A stretch of 63,808 nucleotides of DNA, filler included, from Octopus bimaculoides (GCF_001194135.2; 5 parts of 4 records of this genome joined end to end with filler, not necessarily neighbours in it); one strand, 5' to 3'; positions 12,996 through 26,560 are shown, counted from the whole stretch's first letter. The notes: generated by a model not told the origin, from the letters alone. Program-made: numbers and translations.

Positions 12996-13450
12996 TGCCT
13001 GCACCTATGTATGTATGTATGTATGTATGTATGTATGTATGTGTATATGTGATGCAAGTGTGCTTGCATAGTTAACAAGTTTGCTTCCTGACCATATAAT
13101 TTCCAGTTCAGTTACATAAAGCAGCACCTTCAGCAAGTATATTCTGCTGCAATCCCAGACCAAAGTCTTGTGAGATGATGTAGAAGATGGAAAATGAAAG
13201 AAGGCTCTTATATATAAGTGTTGGTGTGTGTATGTGTAATTGTGTTTCCTTACTTTGTTGTCATGGTTTTGTGATAGTTGTAAGTATGTGTCACCCTAAT
13301 ACAATCAGTGGTATTAATTTCCAACATTCAGTAAAAAGCATGTAGTCTCAGATATAGTTGAAGGTTAATGACAGAAAGAGCATCGAGCCATAGAAAATCC
13401 ACCACAACAAAATCTGTTCAGCTCATGGAAGCATGGAAAAGTGGATGTTA

Positions 13451-14749
13451 TCAGGTCATTAAGAATGAAATGTCCGATTATCTTATACATCAAGTTTGTC
13501 AGTCGTTAACTCTAATGTTTTATCCTGACAATTTTTTGCTTTACAACATTGAAGAATTACATCACTTTTCGAATTGCAATTTATGATGTCTGATTATATT
13601 GTGAGTTTTTGCTTGTAAATCAAATTTTATGAACCCATGGATAGATAAAAAATTTGTGTTGTTTATGAATAAGAGTTCTGCTATGGAACAAATGCATTCC
13701 AGAGAGCTTGAAACACCAATGAGGTGTTTGGTGAAGATGTAGCGAATGAGTGCACTGTATGTCAATGGTTTGAGAAGTTCCGGTCTGATGACTTTACTTT
13801 TGAAAATCACCCCTGTGGTAGAACTGAGGCCAAGGTGGATAATTATGAGCTGGAAACTGTAGTGGAAGTGAATACATCTCAAACTATGCATGAGTTAGCT
13901 GCGAAGTTTGATGTTTTGATTCCATCTGTATTGGACCATCTGAAACGAACTGGCAAAGTAAAGAAGCTGGACAAGTGGGTACTACATGAACTGAACGAGC
14001 ATCAAATGACACGTCATCTTGAAACTTGCTGTTCTTTGCTGTCACAGCATAAAATTGAATCATTTTTGCATTGTATTGTTATGTGTGATGAAAAATGGAT
14101 TCTTTTCAACAAAAGCAAGCATTCTGCATAGTCATTAGATAGAGACAAAGTACCAAAACACAATCCAAAATGTATATTTACCAAAAAAATCTAATGGTAT
14201 TTGTTTGGTCGTCTAGCGCTGGCATCATCCACAACAGCTTCATGAGAGCTGGTAAGTCAATTACAGCAGATATATACATCAACCATGATGAAATGATGAG
14301 AGAAATTGCAATTAAATTGCAATTAAATTGCAATTAAACAACCAAGATTGGTAAATAGAGACAGGTCAATTCTTTTTCAAGACAATGCTCGACCACACGT
14401 TGCACAAAGAACACTACTCAAGTTACAGGAAATGAACTTGGAAGTACTCTGTCATCCATCATATTCATCAGATCTTGTACCAACTGACAATCCCATTTTC
14501 CAAGCATCAGACAACTTTTTGCAAGGAAAAAACTCCAAATCTGAAGAAGATGCAAAAACAGCCTTTCACGATTTTATTCCCTCTTACTCTCGAAAATTCT
14601 TCGCTGCTAGCATGAATAAGCTACCAATAAACTGGCGAAATTGTGTTGATAATTTACTTGCATTCTTTAATTAACTGCATTGCTTTTTTTGAAATAAAGT
14701 AAAATAAACTTTCAGTTCAAAATCAGACATTTAATGCTTAATGACCTCA
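13451..14749 (+). mobile_element. Full-length dead mariner (D,D34D-type) transposon, about 1.3 kb
   Basis: 29-bp TIRs at 13451-13479 and 14721-14749 (4 mismatches) flanked by TA. The broken transposase retains KKLDKWVLHEL, VMCDEKW, FQDNARPH and HPSYSSDLVPTD. Confidence 0.95.
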
Positions 14750-14774
14750 TAAAACAATGATGATAATAATAACA

Positions 14775-14832
<58 letters not shown>

Positions 14833-15169
14833 GTATATATATCCGAAATTGCAAAGATAATCTGGAACTCGACTGAGGAAAGAAAATTCTGAATGTCCTC
14901 TCCTTGTTTTCTTTGTAGCATCTATCTGGATATTTTGTACTTTTGTCCCATTTTGTATTATATATATATATATATATATACTGTGGGTAGCAAAAGTAAT
15001 TAACACATTGGTTTTTTTATAAATTTCACAATCAAGATTCGTTCAATTTGAATGATACTTACTTCAACTTCAACTTTTTCCATAAATTTTCTACTCGATT
15101 GAGATCTAGTGACTGGCTAGGCCATTCCAGAACATCAATTCCATTTTCAATGGAAAAACTAAAGTAGGC

Positions 15170-15760
15170 TTCACTGATTGGTTTTTCAATAGAGCTAAGC
15201 ATACCACAAGGGTGTATCTTTTTCCTGTTTTGCTTAACATCTATAACAAAAGTGTAACAAGGAAATCTCTGGAAGGTTTTGAAGTTATAGATAGTACTGG
15301 TGATAGATGGTCACCCCACATCTCAGATATGTAAGTGATATTGTTTTTATTTCTTTTAGAATAGAAGAACTACAAATTATGATGATGAAATTCCAAGAAA
15401 AAGAGAACAGTATGATTTATTCATTAATTTTGACAAAATTGAATCAATGATTGTCTGAAGAACATATGATCAGGATAATTCTATTATAATTTATAATTAA
15501 ACTGTCAAAGCTGTGAATGAGTTCTTTTGCACTGGAAGTATTTATTACAAATCAATGTAACGATATCAAAGAAATAAACAGAAGTATCCCAATAGCAAAA
15601 ATTTGCTGTTAAAAAAACATTTAAACCATATTTAGAGAAATCTGTCAATATGTAAAAGTTTAAATTGGTGTGTACAATACTTGGATCACAAAACTGGATG
15701 CTAAAACTGCTGATATAAAAAAATAGAGAGTTTCCATGTAGAAGAATGTTTTAACTTATA
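15170..15760 (+). mobile_element. Highly degenerate RTE-type reverse transcriptase fragment
   Basis: LLNIYNKSVTRKSLEGFE and HLRYVSDIVF...EELQ match the RT motifs around LRYADD across frameshifts. Confidence 0.65.
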
Positions 15761-15899
15761 CTTGTTTGAATCATTTGAAAAATTTTATATTTTATGCCTA
15801 GTACTTATTTTATCAATATCTTTTCCCAAACTGCTAAATTATGGGGACATAAACACAGCAACACTTGTAAATATGTGGTATTTCGTCACATACTTCTGC

Positions 15900-15935
<36 letters not shown>

Positions 15936-16129
15936 ATACATTGGCCCAGTCAATAGAGTTCAATATCTTGACCCAAAGGAATGATATTTCACATCCTACC
16001 ACAATCCACATGTTGCATTTATGCTCCATTCACATTTAACTCTCAAAAGTTCTGGTTCATAGAACTGTAAGTTCAACACTAAAATACAGTAAGATCTTTT
16101 TTTGTCTTGCAAGTACTTGGTGACCCTGT

Positions 16130-16425
16130 CAGTTCAGAGGCCACTTAAAAGCACTCAGTCTACACTGTAAAGTGGTTGGTGTTCGGAAGGGCATCTAGAT
16201 GTAAAAACCTTGACAAAACTGACCTCACCTGTGCTTGTGCCATGTAAAAAGCACTAAGTCCACTCTGCTGAGTGGTTGGTGTTAGGAAGGGCATCCAGCT
16301 GTAAAAGTCCTGCTAAAACAGTCACAGAAGTCTGGTGCAGGCTTCTGCCTGGCTGGCTCTTGTGAAACTGTCACACCCATGTTTGCATGGAGGGCAGATA
16401 TTAAACGATGATGATGATGAGGACA
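16130..16425 (+). mobile_element. RTE LINE 3' UTR/tail, with a partly duplicated unit
   Basis: GTGGTTGGTGTTAGGAAGGGCATCCAGCTGTAAAA occurs about twice; ends TTAAACGATGATGATG like 58800-58960. Confidence 0.8.
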
Positions 16426-16604
16426 ATGATTATACCTATTGATAAACATGTATAGTAATTTAGTGAATATTCCAATAGATATTGAATAGCACCAATAAAT
16501 ATTGAATAAATATTGAAAACCTTTCCTCACAATCTCGTTAATAATATATGTTCAAAACACCCAATTGATAATAATGAAAAATTTATTTTATAAAATTCTT
16601 CATC

Positions 16605-16687
16605 GAAGGTGCAGGCTTCTACTATAGCCTCAGGCTGATCAAAGCCTTATGAGAGGATTTGGTAGTTGGAAACTGAAAGAAGCCTGT

Positions 16688-16746
<59 letters not shown>

Positions 16747-17012
16747 GTGTGTGTGTGTGTCCGTGTATGTATGTGTGTGTGTGTGTGTGTAAATTTATGT
16801 GTGTCTTTGTGTCTGTGTTTCTCGCCTCCATCACCACTTGATAACCAGTGTTGGTGTATTTATGCCCCTGTAACTTAGCAGTTCAGCAAAAGTAATTGAT
16901 AGAATAGGTACTAGGCTTAAAAAAAATAAGTCTTGAGGCTGATTTGTCTGACTAAAACCCTTCAAGGTGGTGCTCCAGCATGGCTGCAGTCAAATGACTG
17001 AAACAGGTAAAG
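16605..17012 (+). mobile_element. SINE family A (head truncated)
   Basis: Core, internal (TA)n(TG)n and the 3' end GGTGCTCCAGCATGGCTGCAGTCAAATGACTGAAAC. Confidence 0.9.
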
Positions 17013-17029
17013 AAATAAAATTTTAAAAA

Positions 17030-17667
17030 ATATATATATGTATATATATTTATATATGTATATATATTTATATATGTGTATATATTTATATATGTGTATA
17101 TATGTGTGTGTGTGTGTGTGTATACATGCTTATTTACATATATAAGCACATACATTTATATGTGTGAATGATTACGTATGTGTGCGTACATACATATACA
17201 TAATTTAACACGCACAGATAGATGCACAGAAAAATCTACATGCACACAAACAGTAATATTTGCAATTACATATGCAAATAAACAGAAAAAGACATATATT
17301 TGCGTATTCACATACAAACAATCACACAGACTCATGTACAAAGTGTGTTAGCAAATACAAATATTCATACACACAAACCCTCACACACATACATACGCAA
17401 ATACACACATTTACACACACGTACACCCACACATAAGGAAACAATAGAATAGCAGCACTCAAACAACCAAATAGACCTTATCAACATGATGTAGTAATTA
17501 AAAGAAGAGTTGAACCATGACTTTTTACCATGTCCAGAACTTCAATTAAACGTTGCATTTTTTTTTTTCATAATACAACAGTCATTCCATATCAGGCACA
17601 TATACAAAAGCATAAATAACCAAGAACTAGACATATGTATATATATGGATGTATATGTATATATATG

Positions 17668-17722
<55 letters not shown>

Positions 17723-17984
17723 ATGTATATATATNNNNNNNNNNTATATATATATATACATATATATATATATGTGTGTATATATATATATATATATACG
17801 TATGTATGTATATATATATATATATAGGTATATATATATATGTATATATGTATGTACATATATGTTTGTGTGTATAAATATATATATATATGTGTATACA
17901 TACACACATACAAACATATATACATATATATATATACACACATATATACATATATACTCATATGCATATAAATTTGTACATGTG

Positions 17985-18029
<45 letters not shown>

Positions 18030-18515
18030 AGTATGTATATATATATATTTATATGTGCATAACATGTGTATATATATACAGATATACAAACAGACATGAA
18101 AAAGCAGTTATTTAAACATAGATTTCAAATTTACCTGTGTTGCTAAAGTTAGTGTAATTGAACAAAAGGTTTATCCCCTGTTAACTTTCAATTATTGCAG
18201 TATTTTTAAATGCAGTTGCACACACACATACACATGAGCACACGCAAATACGTATACACATAAACATACTCATACATAATCACGCAAACAAATATGTGGA
18301 TATACATACAAATTTGTTCATATTAATATGTATACGTGTGTATAATGTATGTGTATACATACAAATGTATATAAGTATATATGAGTATATATTCTAAATA
18401 TTCATATAAAGTATAACATATATATACATGTGTGTGTGTGTATGTATATATACACATATATATTTGTATAAATAATGTATATATACATATATATGTACTT
18501 ATATATATGGTTGTG

Positions 18516-18552
<37 letters not shown>

Positions 18553-18553
18553 G

Positions 18554-18584
<31 letters not shown>

Positions 18585-18668
18585 CCATATATATATATGT
18601 TATATATATATATAATTATACATAATATATGTATAATTGTATATATGTGTGGGTGTATACATACATAT

Positions 18669-18739
<71 letters not shown>

Positions 18740-18900
18740 TGCATGCACACACACATATATATAAGGAAGAGAGATATAGACATTTAAGGCATACGTTTGA
18801 ATATATATGAGACATATACATACATATGTGTTTTGTGTGTGTGTGTGTGTGTGTGAGTTTACATGAGAGTGTGTGTGTATGTGACTGTGTGAGTTTGTGT
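17030..18900. repeat. Long compound (TA)/(TATG)/(CA) microsatellite field
   Basis: Direct reading; source of the YIYI ORFs. Confidence 0.95.
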
Positions 18901-19419
18901 GTATGTTCTTGTTTGTAAGTGTGTGTCTGTGTGTTGTGGGGAACATACACGTTTTGGGGGTTGGTGCATAAAAAAAAAAGTGGGATGCAATGTACTTTGT
19001 ACTTTCCATGAGTATATTTCCAAAAATACTAGACAATAATAATGATAACTGCAGACAGTGAATACTAAAACAACAACTACAATAACAAAAACATGAACAA
19101 GTAACATAACTGCTATAGTAACAACATGAACATCAAACAAAACAATGAAGAAATAAAGAAACAAATTGAATTCATAAATTTTGTGATATGGGCAGAAAAA
19201 AAAAGGGGTAGACCCACATGTGCACACACACTCACACATGCACATACACACACAAAAGTAACAGCAAACAAAAACAAACAGGTGTATATTATTGTCAAAA
19301 AAAAAAAAAAAAAATTCCACTCAGTTCCTGTTGCAGATAGGGAAACAGAGAAATAATTTTTTTTTTTTTTTAAATGTCGAAATGAAACAGACTATAAAGA
19401 AAAATTACATTTGTACAAA

Positions 19420-19493
19420 TATAATAATAATAATGAAAATAATAATATTGATTATGATGATGTTGATGATGATGATGATAAAAATAGTAGTAG

Positions 19494-19544
<51 letters not shown>

Positions 19545-19620
19545 GAATAAAAATAGTAATAATAATAATAGTAATAATAATAATAATAATGAAAATAATA
19601 ATAATAATGATAATAATAGA
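19420..19620. repeat. (AAT)/(GAT)/(AGT) microsatellite
   Basis: Direct reading. Confidence 0.9.
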
Positions 19621-19688
19621 AGAGATTAGGGAATCTGAACTGTATAATTAAATGTTTAAAGTAGAATTTATACTCCCAGCCCTTTACC

Positions 19689-19720
<32 letters not shown>

Positions 19721-19997
19721 GCATGAATGAATGAAATTAGTGAAAAAAAGATGTGTATAGTTAAAAAATAAATTACAGTAAATGAATGAAAATGAAAATT
19801 AATATTCATAAAACCCCTCCCATTTTTAGCAACCATTATGGAAAAAAACATAAAATAGAATTTTAAAAATTACTATAACATATATATATATATACACACA
19901 CACAAACACACATACATATATATATAATTATACATATATGTATATTCTGTATATACATATATATACAGATGTTCATATGAATGTATATATTTTAAAG

Positions 19998-20083
<86 letters not shown>

Positions 20084-20377
20084 CCATATTGGTTTGATGT
20101 GGTAAATTTTTTCAAGCATATCTGCTTCTGTGTTTTATATGTAGAATTACATCAACAGCTACAACAGTTATATTAACAAAAACAAAAATCAACAACAGCA
20201 GTAACAATAATATGGAATAACCCACGCACAGAACTACATAATGCAGATAAAAAAATAAAAAAATACAGAGCTCCACAACAGTTAGCAATGCAGTAAAATT
20301 ATGCAGTAATAATGATGATGATGATAATACTACTACTACTACTAATAATAATAATAATAATTATTATTATTATTATT

Positions 20378-20610
20378 CAGGGACCTTTTGAGTGGGACGG
20401 GCTACTCGAACTGAAGAAAATTCTAACTGGCCCCACCTGCAAGGTCATGCGCTGTTTATCTTGATATGAGATCACCATGTCGCGTACATGTGGTTGTGAT
20501 GCATGTGCCTGGTGTACCCTTATAAGACGGGTAGTCATGATGGGTATAATGGGCTTTGTATATTTTACCCCAGTGTCACTTTGATGGCATGCACTGCTCT
20601 TTCACTCAAT
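20378..20610 (+). mobile_element. Unclassified retroposon family E, 3' end with (AAT)n tail
   Basis: Closely similar to about 21840-22070 (CTGAAGAAAATTCTAACTGG...CACTCAATAATAAT). Confidence 0.75.
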
Positions 20611-20649
20611 AATAATAATAATAATAATAATAATCATAATCATAATAAT

Positions 20650-20875
20650 AATGATAATAATCCTGTCTGCTATAGGCACAGGGCCTGATATTTTGGGGAA
20701 GGTTAAGTTGATTACATTGACCCCGGTGCTCATTTGGTGCTCATTTTATTGACCCGGAAAGAATCAAAGGTAAAGTCGACCTTGGCAGAATTTGAATTCA
20801 GAATGTAAAGATAGATGAAATGCCCTTTAGCATTTGTCAGCATGCTAATGATTCTGCCAGCATAATGCTTAAATA
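20650..20875 (-). mobile_element. SINE family B
   Basis: Plus strand shows GGTAAAGTCGACCTTGGCAGAATTTGAATTC...GATTCTGCCAGC, the reverse complement of the family B head and core. Confidence 0.85.
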
Positions 20876-20899
20876 ATAATAATAATAACAATAATAATA

Positions 20900-20936
<37 letters not shown>

Positions 20937-20954
20937 TGATGATGATGATGATGA

Positions 20955-21150
20955 GGATATTAATTTGTGGCACAAGGCCACAATTTCAGGTGTAGGGAAA
21001 TTTGATTACAACGACCCTTGTGCTCAACTATTGACTCTGAAAGAATTGCAGGCAAAGTCGACCTTGGTAGAACTTGAACTTAGAAGATTAAGATAGACAA
21101 GATGACTTAGCATGTTATGAGCATGCTAATGATACTGCCAACTCAACACT
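20955..21150 (-). mobile_element. SINE family B, second adjacent copy
   Basis: Plus strand shows GGCAAAGTCGACCTTGGTAGAACTTGAAC...GATACTGCCAACTC. Confidence 0.8.
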
Positions 21151-21189
21151 TAATAATAATAATAATGATGATGATGATGATGATAATAA

Positions 21190-21490
21190 TGATGGACTCT
21201 CCCATCAAAGATGATGACATATGAGCGTTCAGCTTCTGCCAAATGACCTGCACAAATGATCTGCTTATAGTGATCAAATGTATGTATTGTACATTAGCTT
21301 ACTCCCTCCCTCAAATTGCTGTTGCCTAAACAGGTGTATTGTGTGCCACGTGTCAAGTGTTGATATGATCACAGTGTCATATGAGATGAAGTTGTTTTGC
21401 TCAAGAACACGATGCACCAACAGGTCTAGAAATTGAAACAAAAATCTCATGATCATGAGTGCAACATCCTAACCCCTAGGCCATGTGCCA
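21190..21490 (-). mobile_element. tRNA-headed SINE with a GTGTTCTTGAGCAA (V-domain-like) motif
   Basis: Minus strand reads GGCACATGGCCTAGGGGTTAGG...GTTTCAATT...GTGTTCTTGAGCAAAAC. Confidence 0.65.
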
Positions 21491-21499
21491 AGCAGTGTC

Positions 21500-22070
21500 T
21501 ATGGCCTGATGCAGTACCAGGCAGTGGCTCTAATTGCTTCTGATGTTAACTGATTGGAAGTGTTATCATGTACATTGTTTTGCCTTGGTATAAAAGATGG
21601 GCTACAGCAAATATTCTACTCAAAAACCATAGATTGGCTTGTCAGCTGTTTGACTTTAACCAGTTGAGCATGTCCCTTGGTGGCTGACGATATGTGCCTC
21701 TCTGATCACAAGCAGAAGTAGTGGAGGAGTATTGTAGCCATGTGTTCAGAGGAATTCTTTGGAGTTTGAACAATTCACCTCTGAAAACATGAGTGTTTTG
21801 TCCAACATCCTTCAACAACCTTCATTGAAAAACCAATAGAGCAGGATGGACTACTCGACCTGAAGAAAATTCTAACTGGGCCCCACCTGCAAGGTCATGT
21901 GCTGTTTATCTTGATATGAGATCACCATGTCACGCACATATGGTTGTGATACATGTGCGTGGTGTACCCTTATCAGATGGGTAGTCATGATGGGTATAAT
22001 GGGCTTCATATATTTTACCCCCGTGTCACTTTGATGGCATACACTGCTCTCTCACTCAATAATAATAATG
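21500..22070 (+). mobile_element. Unclassified retroposon family E, longer copy
   Basis: The last 230 bp match 20378-20610; ends in (AAT)n. Confidence 0.7.
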
Positions 22071-22074
22071 ATAT

Positions 22075-22362
22075 TGGCATTCTGTTGGTTATAACAAGAA
22101 TTTCAGCTGATTGGATCAATGGAACAGCCTGCTCATGAAATTAATGTGCAAGTGGCTGAACACTCCAGAGATACACATGGCACAGCGTAACAAGGCTGGT
22201 CCTTTGAAATACAGGTACTACTAATTTTTGCCAGTTGAGTGGACTGGAGCAATGGGAAATAAGATGTCTTGCTCAAGCACACAACGTGTCGCCAGGAATT
22301 GAACTCACGACCTTGCAATCAGGAACCAAATACTCTAACCACTAAGCCATGCACCTTCACTA
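22075..22362 (-). mobile_element. tRNA-headed SINE family D (V-domain-like)
   Basis: Minus strand reads GAAGGTGCATGGCTTAGTGGTTAG...GAGTTCAATTCCTGG...GTGTGCTTGAGCAAGACA; its 3' half recurs at about 59250-59345 (+). Confidence 0.8.
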
Positions 22363-22371
22363 ACAACAATA

Positions 22372-22585
22372 ATAATCCTTTCTAATATAGACACAAGAGC
22401 TGACATTTTGTGGAGAGGGATTAAGTTGATTACATTGACCCCAGTGTTTCACTGGTACTTAATTTATTGACCCCGAAAGGATGAAAGGCAAAATCAACCT
22501 CGGTGGAACTTGAATTCAGAATGTTGTGATGGGTGAAATACCACTAAGCATATTGTCCAGCTTGCTAACAATTCTGCCACCTCGC
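22372..22585 (-). mobile_element. SINE family B
   Basis: Plus strand shows GGTACTTAATTTATTGACCCCGAAAGGATGAAAGGCAAA. This core resembles the Deu/Nin SINE domain (from memory, unverified). Confidence 0.85.
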
Positions 22586-22590
22586 CACCT

Positions 22591-22649
<59 letters not shown>

Positions 22650-22821
22650 TTATTACTACTACTATTACTGCTACTGCTACTACAACTACTACTACTACCA
22701 CCACCATCACCACCACTACTACTACTACTGATTATAATAATAATAATAATAATAATGATGATAATGATGATAATAATAACAATAATAATTACAATAACAA
22801 TGATGATGAGATAGAGAATAG

Positions 22822-23195
22822 GAAACCAGGCATAGTGTTAATTGAGAAAGAAAACAATGCTGACAAGTTATGCAATAAGGAAGAAAGAAAAGTCAATAGA
22901 TATGACAGGTTGGCTTGGGAGCTTAAGCCCTTGTTGTCAATGTAAAAGGTGGTAGTAGTACCAATAATTGTTGGAGCCCTGGGAACAGTGAGTAAAAGTC
23001 TTGAGAAGTACATGGAACAAACAGGGGCTGCTATAAGGGTGGAGCACTTACAGAAAACAACACTGCTTGGAACTGCTGGAATAATCTAGATGGTGCTCGA
23101 AAAATAAGGGGTGTTACCTTAGTTTACTGGCTGTGAACAGCTGGCACTGTAGTACATCTCCAGCATTAGAAGCTGTGCAAAGACAATAAATAATA
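22822..23195 (+). mobile_element. R4/Dong-clade LINE 3' end (restriction-like endonuclease)
   Basis: RKPGIVL...EERKVNRYDRLAWEL...VPIIVGALGTVSK...LQKTTLLGTAGII. Confidence 0.85.
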
Positions 23196-23199
23196 ATCT

Positions 23200-23880
23200 A
23201 TACATTGGTTAATATGTCAGCATTATAAAACCAAAAACTGCTGACAAATGATATAAGCACTACCCTGAGGCTGTAACTAAGGGAGAAAATGTAATGATTC
23301 TTTGAGACTTTCCAGTATATACAGACAGAACCATCAAAGCTGATGAACTGAATATTGTTGTGAAAAGCCAGAACAACAAAGTCTGTTTATTGATTAATAT
23401 GAGCATTCTTTGTGATCATAATATCTTGGCAAAAGAATTTGACAAACTTAGGAAATATAAAAATTCGCTCATTGAAATCAAAAAAATGTGGCATCTCAAG
23501 ATGGTTACAACACTTGTGATTGTAGGAGTACCTAGAATGATCAAAGAACGGACATGAAAATGATTTTTCAGAAAGATCCCTGGCTTACCATCCATGCAAG
23601 AAGTGCAAAGGATTGTTTTAACTAGTACATCACATGTATTGAGAAGAGCATTGTTGCTGTGAATTTTCTTTCCTTTTTCCCTTTTTTCTTTGTTATCTTC
23701 TTTTCATTTTTTTTCTTTTTTCTTTTTCCTCTTTTTTTCCTATCACATAACCTGATTTTGTAAATGAACAATCTGGTGTGTTCATTTTAATGGCCTACTG
23801 TGAGTTTCTTTGCCCTAGGTGTCAAGAAACAAAATTGAAAGAAGGAAAAAAAAAAGAAATAACCATAATGATAATAATAA
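23200..23880 (+). mobile_element. R4/Dong-clade LINE 3' end and UTR
   Basis: KVCLLINMSILCDHNILAKEFDKLRKYK...PGLPSMQEVQRIVLTSTSHVLRRALLL*; same family as 29109-30017. Confidence 0.9.
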
Positions 23881-24059
23881 TAATAATGATAATAATAATA
23901 ATGATGATAATAATAATAATAATAATAATAATTGCATATTCTCTGCATTTCTTGAGTACCTCTTATCTCCTCAATGCATTATTGTTATATGGGGAGTTTA
24001 TAGAATAAGTCTTTATCTAAAGGTAGATTGGAAAGCTTCTAAATGTTGCTGCAGGCATA

Positions 24060-25500
24060 TTTAATGATAATATTGATGGAAGAGTAGTTGTGATCAAATT
24101 TATATCATGTCATGTCAAGATGGATGCTTAAAAATCTTTTCGCTGTGTGTTTGTAGGTTATGTAAATTTTAACTACCTAAAAAGGCTGATTAACTTCTTT
24201 CTAAAATCTGTTTGTGCCATGTCCATCTCTGTTGTGTAATGCATCAAGCTGATCATCTCTGTATAATCCTATATTAGCTTCACTTTTTCTAAATGCATCT
24301 ATAACAAGAAAGGCAACATGATCAAATATTTCAGCACCATCAAAACTCCACAGATATATATTGAAGTCTCATTTCCACACTTAATACTCTAGTAAAAAAT
24401 ATTGCAACATAAAAAAAGAAACAAGAGAACTTTCTTACATTCTTTATTGTACTCTTTACACTTTTACTTGTTTCAGTCATTTGACTGCGGCCATGCTGGA
24501 GCACCGCCTTTAGTCGAGCAAATCAACCCCAGGACTTATTCTTTGTAAGCCTAGTACTTATTCTATTGGTCTCTTTTTACCGAACTGCTAAATTACGGGG
24601 ACGTAAACACACCAGCATAGGTTGTCAAGTGATATTGGGGGGGGGGTAAACACAGACACACAANNNNNNNNNNACATATATACGACAGGCTTCTTTCAGT
24701 TTCTATCTATCAAATCCACTCACAAGGCTTTGATCGGCCTAAGGCTATAGTAGAAGACACTTGCCCAAGGTGCCATGCAGTGGGACTGAACCCGGAACCA
24801 TGTGGTTGGTAAGCAAGCTACTTACCACACAGCCATTCCTGCGCCTAATTACAGTGACATATATTTTACTCCCGCATACTAATTACAGTGACATATATTT
24901 TACTAAATTCTAAGGTTTTCAGAAGAAAGTTTCTCGAGAAGAGTTGTTTAAATTCAACAATATTGAACTGGATAAAACTACAGCTGGGTTTATCGATGAT
25001 ATTGTAAAACCACTTAATGGTGGCTCAATTACAATCCATTATGTTAAATTAGTAGCTAATCTAATTCTTGTATTAATGGAATCTAATATATGCTTACTGA
25101 TTATACCTAATTTGCTTTTCATGGAGTTTATTAGTCTCTATTTATGATCGTTAGTGAAGTTTTCTTTGTGTTCCTTGAGCGTGAAATACCACTTATGTTG
25201 ACTGAAGCGTTCAGTACTACTGTATAATTTTAAATGTGTAGCTAACTCCTTTGCCTGACCATTTATTAAATGGTCTAGGGTTATTTAATGTATTCATTAA
25301 TTGGCTAGTAGTAATCAACTTCATGTATTTCTATCAGCATTATAGACATGTTTAGAATTTTCTGCTTGCACAAATAGGTTGCTTGAATTTTGTAAGGGTT
25401 AAAGTTACTCTTTTAAATCATTTTAGAAGATATTAGTGAGACTGTTAAATTTCACTTTTGCAATAATTTTAATAATGTCCTCTTCAAATATTTCCATGTC
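24060..25500 (-). mobile_element. Penelope-like element RT relic (YRDD type), interrupted by a SINE
   Basis: Minus strand: YFTLKEHKENF...RLINSMKSKLGIISKHILDSIN, FIQFNIVEF, then beyond the SINE SFDGAEIF...NIGLYRDD. Confidence 0.85.
24445..24845 (-). mobile_element. SINE family A, full length, inserted in the Penelope RT
   Basis: The head GGCGCAGGAATGGCTGTGTGGTAAGTAGC starts at 24845 and runs to the ACTGAAACAAGTAAAAG end. Confidence 0.95.
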
Positions 25501-25519
25501 TTTGATGTACAAGGATTAT

Positions 25520-25910
25520 GCTGGTTTAGATGACTATTGGTAGTGGAGACCCCAAAAGACATGGGATGAATTACTGCAGGATGACCTCAGGACACGGAAC
25601 CTTACAGAGGATATGACAAAGGAGTGAGATATCTGGTGCCTTGCTGTACTCAAGAAGATCCGTCCTCCACAGCAGAAATGTTAATGCTGCTCCCCCTGCT
25701 GAAGAGGATTGGCCTGCAATAGTTCTGTGCCAGTGCCATGTAAAAAGCACCCAACACACTCTGTGAAGTGGTTGGTGTTAGGAAGAGCATCCAGCTGCAG
25801 AAACCATGCCAAATCAGATTGGAACCTGGTGCCACTTTCTTGCTTGCCAGCTCTGGTCAAATAATCCAGCTTATGTCAGCATGGAAAACTGATATTAAAT
25901 GATGATGATG
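25520..25910 (+). mobile_element. RTE LINE 3' end
   Basis: KTWDELLQDDLRTRNLTEDMTKE*DIWCLAVLKK followed by the family 3' UTR and a (GAT)n tail. Confidence 0.85.
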
Positions 25911-26209
25911 AAAGACTTATGTTCCAGTCTGCTTAATAAACTCCATACATAGATGAAAAAAGGGAGAAAGCTAGTGGAGGTGGGTGTGCCCTAAAGAGCT
26001 GGAGTAGAAACGAAATATCCAGCAGCAAGGTAACTCATTACAAAGTTGTAGAATAAAGTGCTCTACTTGAAAACAGGGAAGGCTCAGCATCAGGAACAAT
26101 ATGTGCAATATGAATCATTGACTGAGCACAGTTTCCTACCCATGCCAGTATAGCAGAAAAAAACAATAAAAGGACTAAAAGGTGATGGTACTATAGTGTT
26201 GATGGAAAT

Positions 26210-26560
26210 ACAGATGACAATGGTGATGATGATGATGATGATGATGATGACGATGACAATGATGACAACAGTGATGATGATGATGATGATAATGATGAAG
26301 ACAATGATGATGTTAGGGATGATGATGACAATGACGACAATGATGATGGTGGTGAAAATGACAATGATGGTGATGATGACAATGATGGTGATGATGACAA
26401 TGATGATGATAACGATGATGATATTAGTGATGATGATGATGATGACGAAGATGATTACAATGATGACAACGGTGATGATGATGATGATGAAGATGACAAT
26501 GATGATGATGGTGATGATGATGACGACAACGACGACGACGATGATAATGATGATATAAGA
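26210..26560. repeat. (GAT)/(GAC) compound microsatellite
   Basis: Direct reading. Confidence 0.95.

Noticed and set aside
107-18950. Numerous CV, YI, HT, poly-M/H/D and X-filled ORFs in the track
   Set aside because: Translations of microsatellites and N gaps.
24794-24845. tRNA-like A/B box heads in SINE copies
   Set aside because: They continue into SINE bodies and lack a complete cloverleaf, so they are not tRNA genes.
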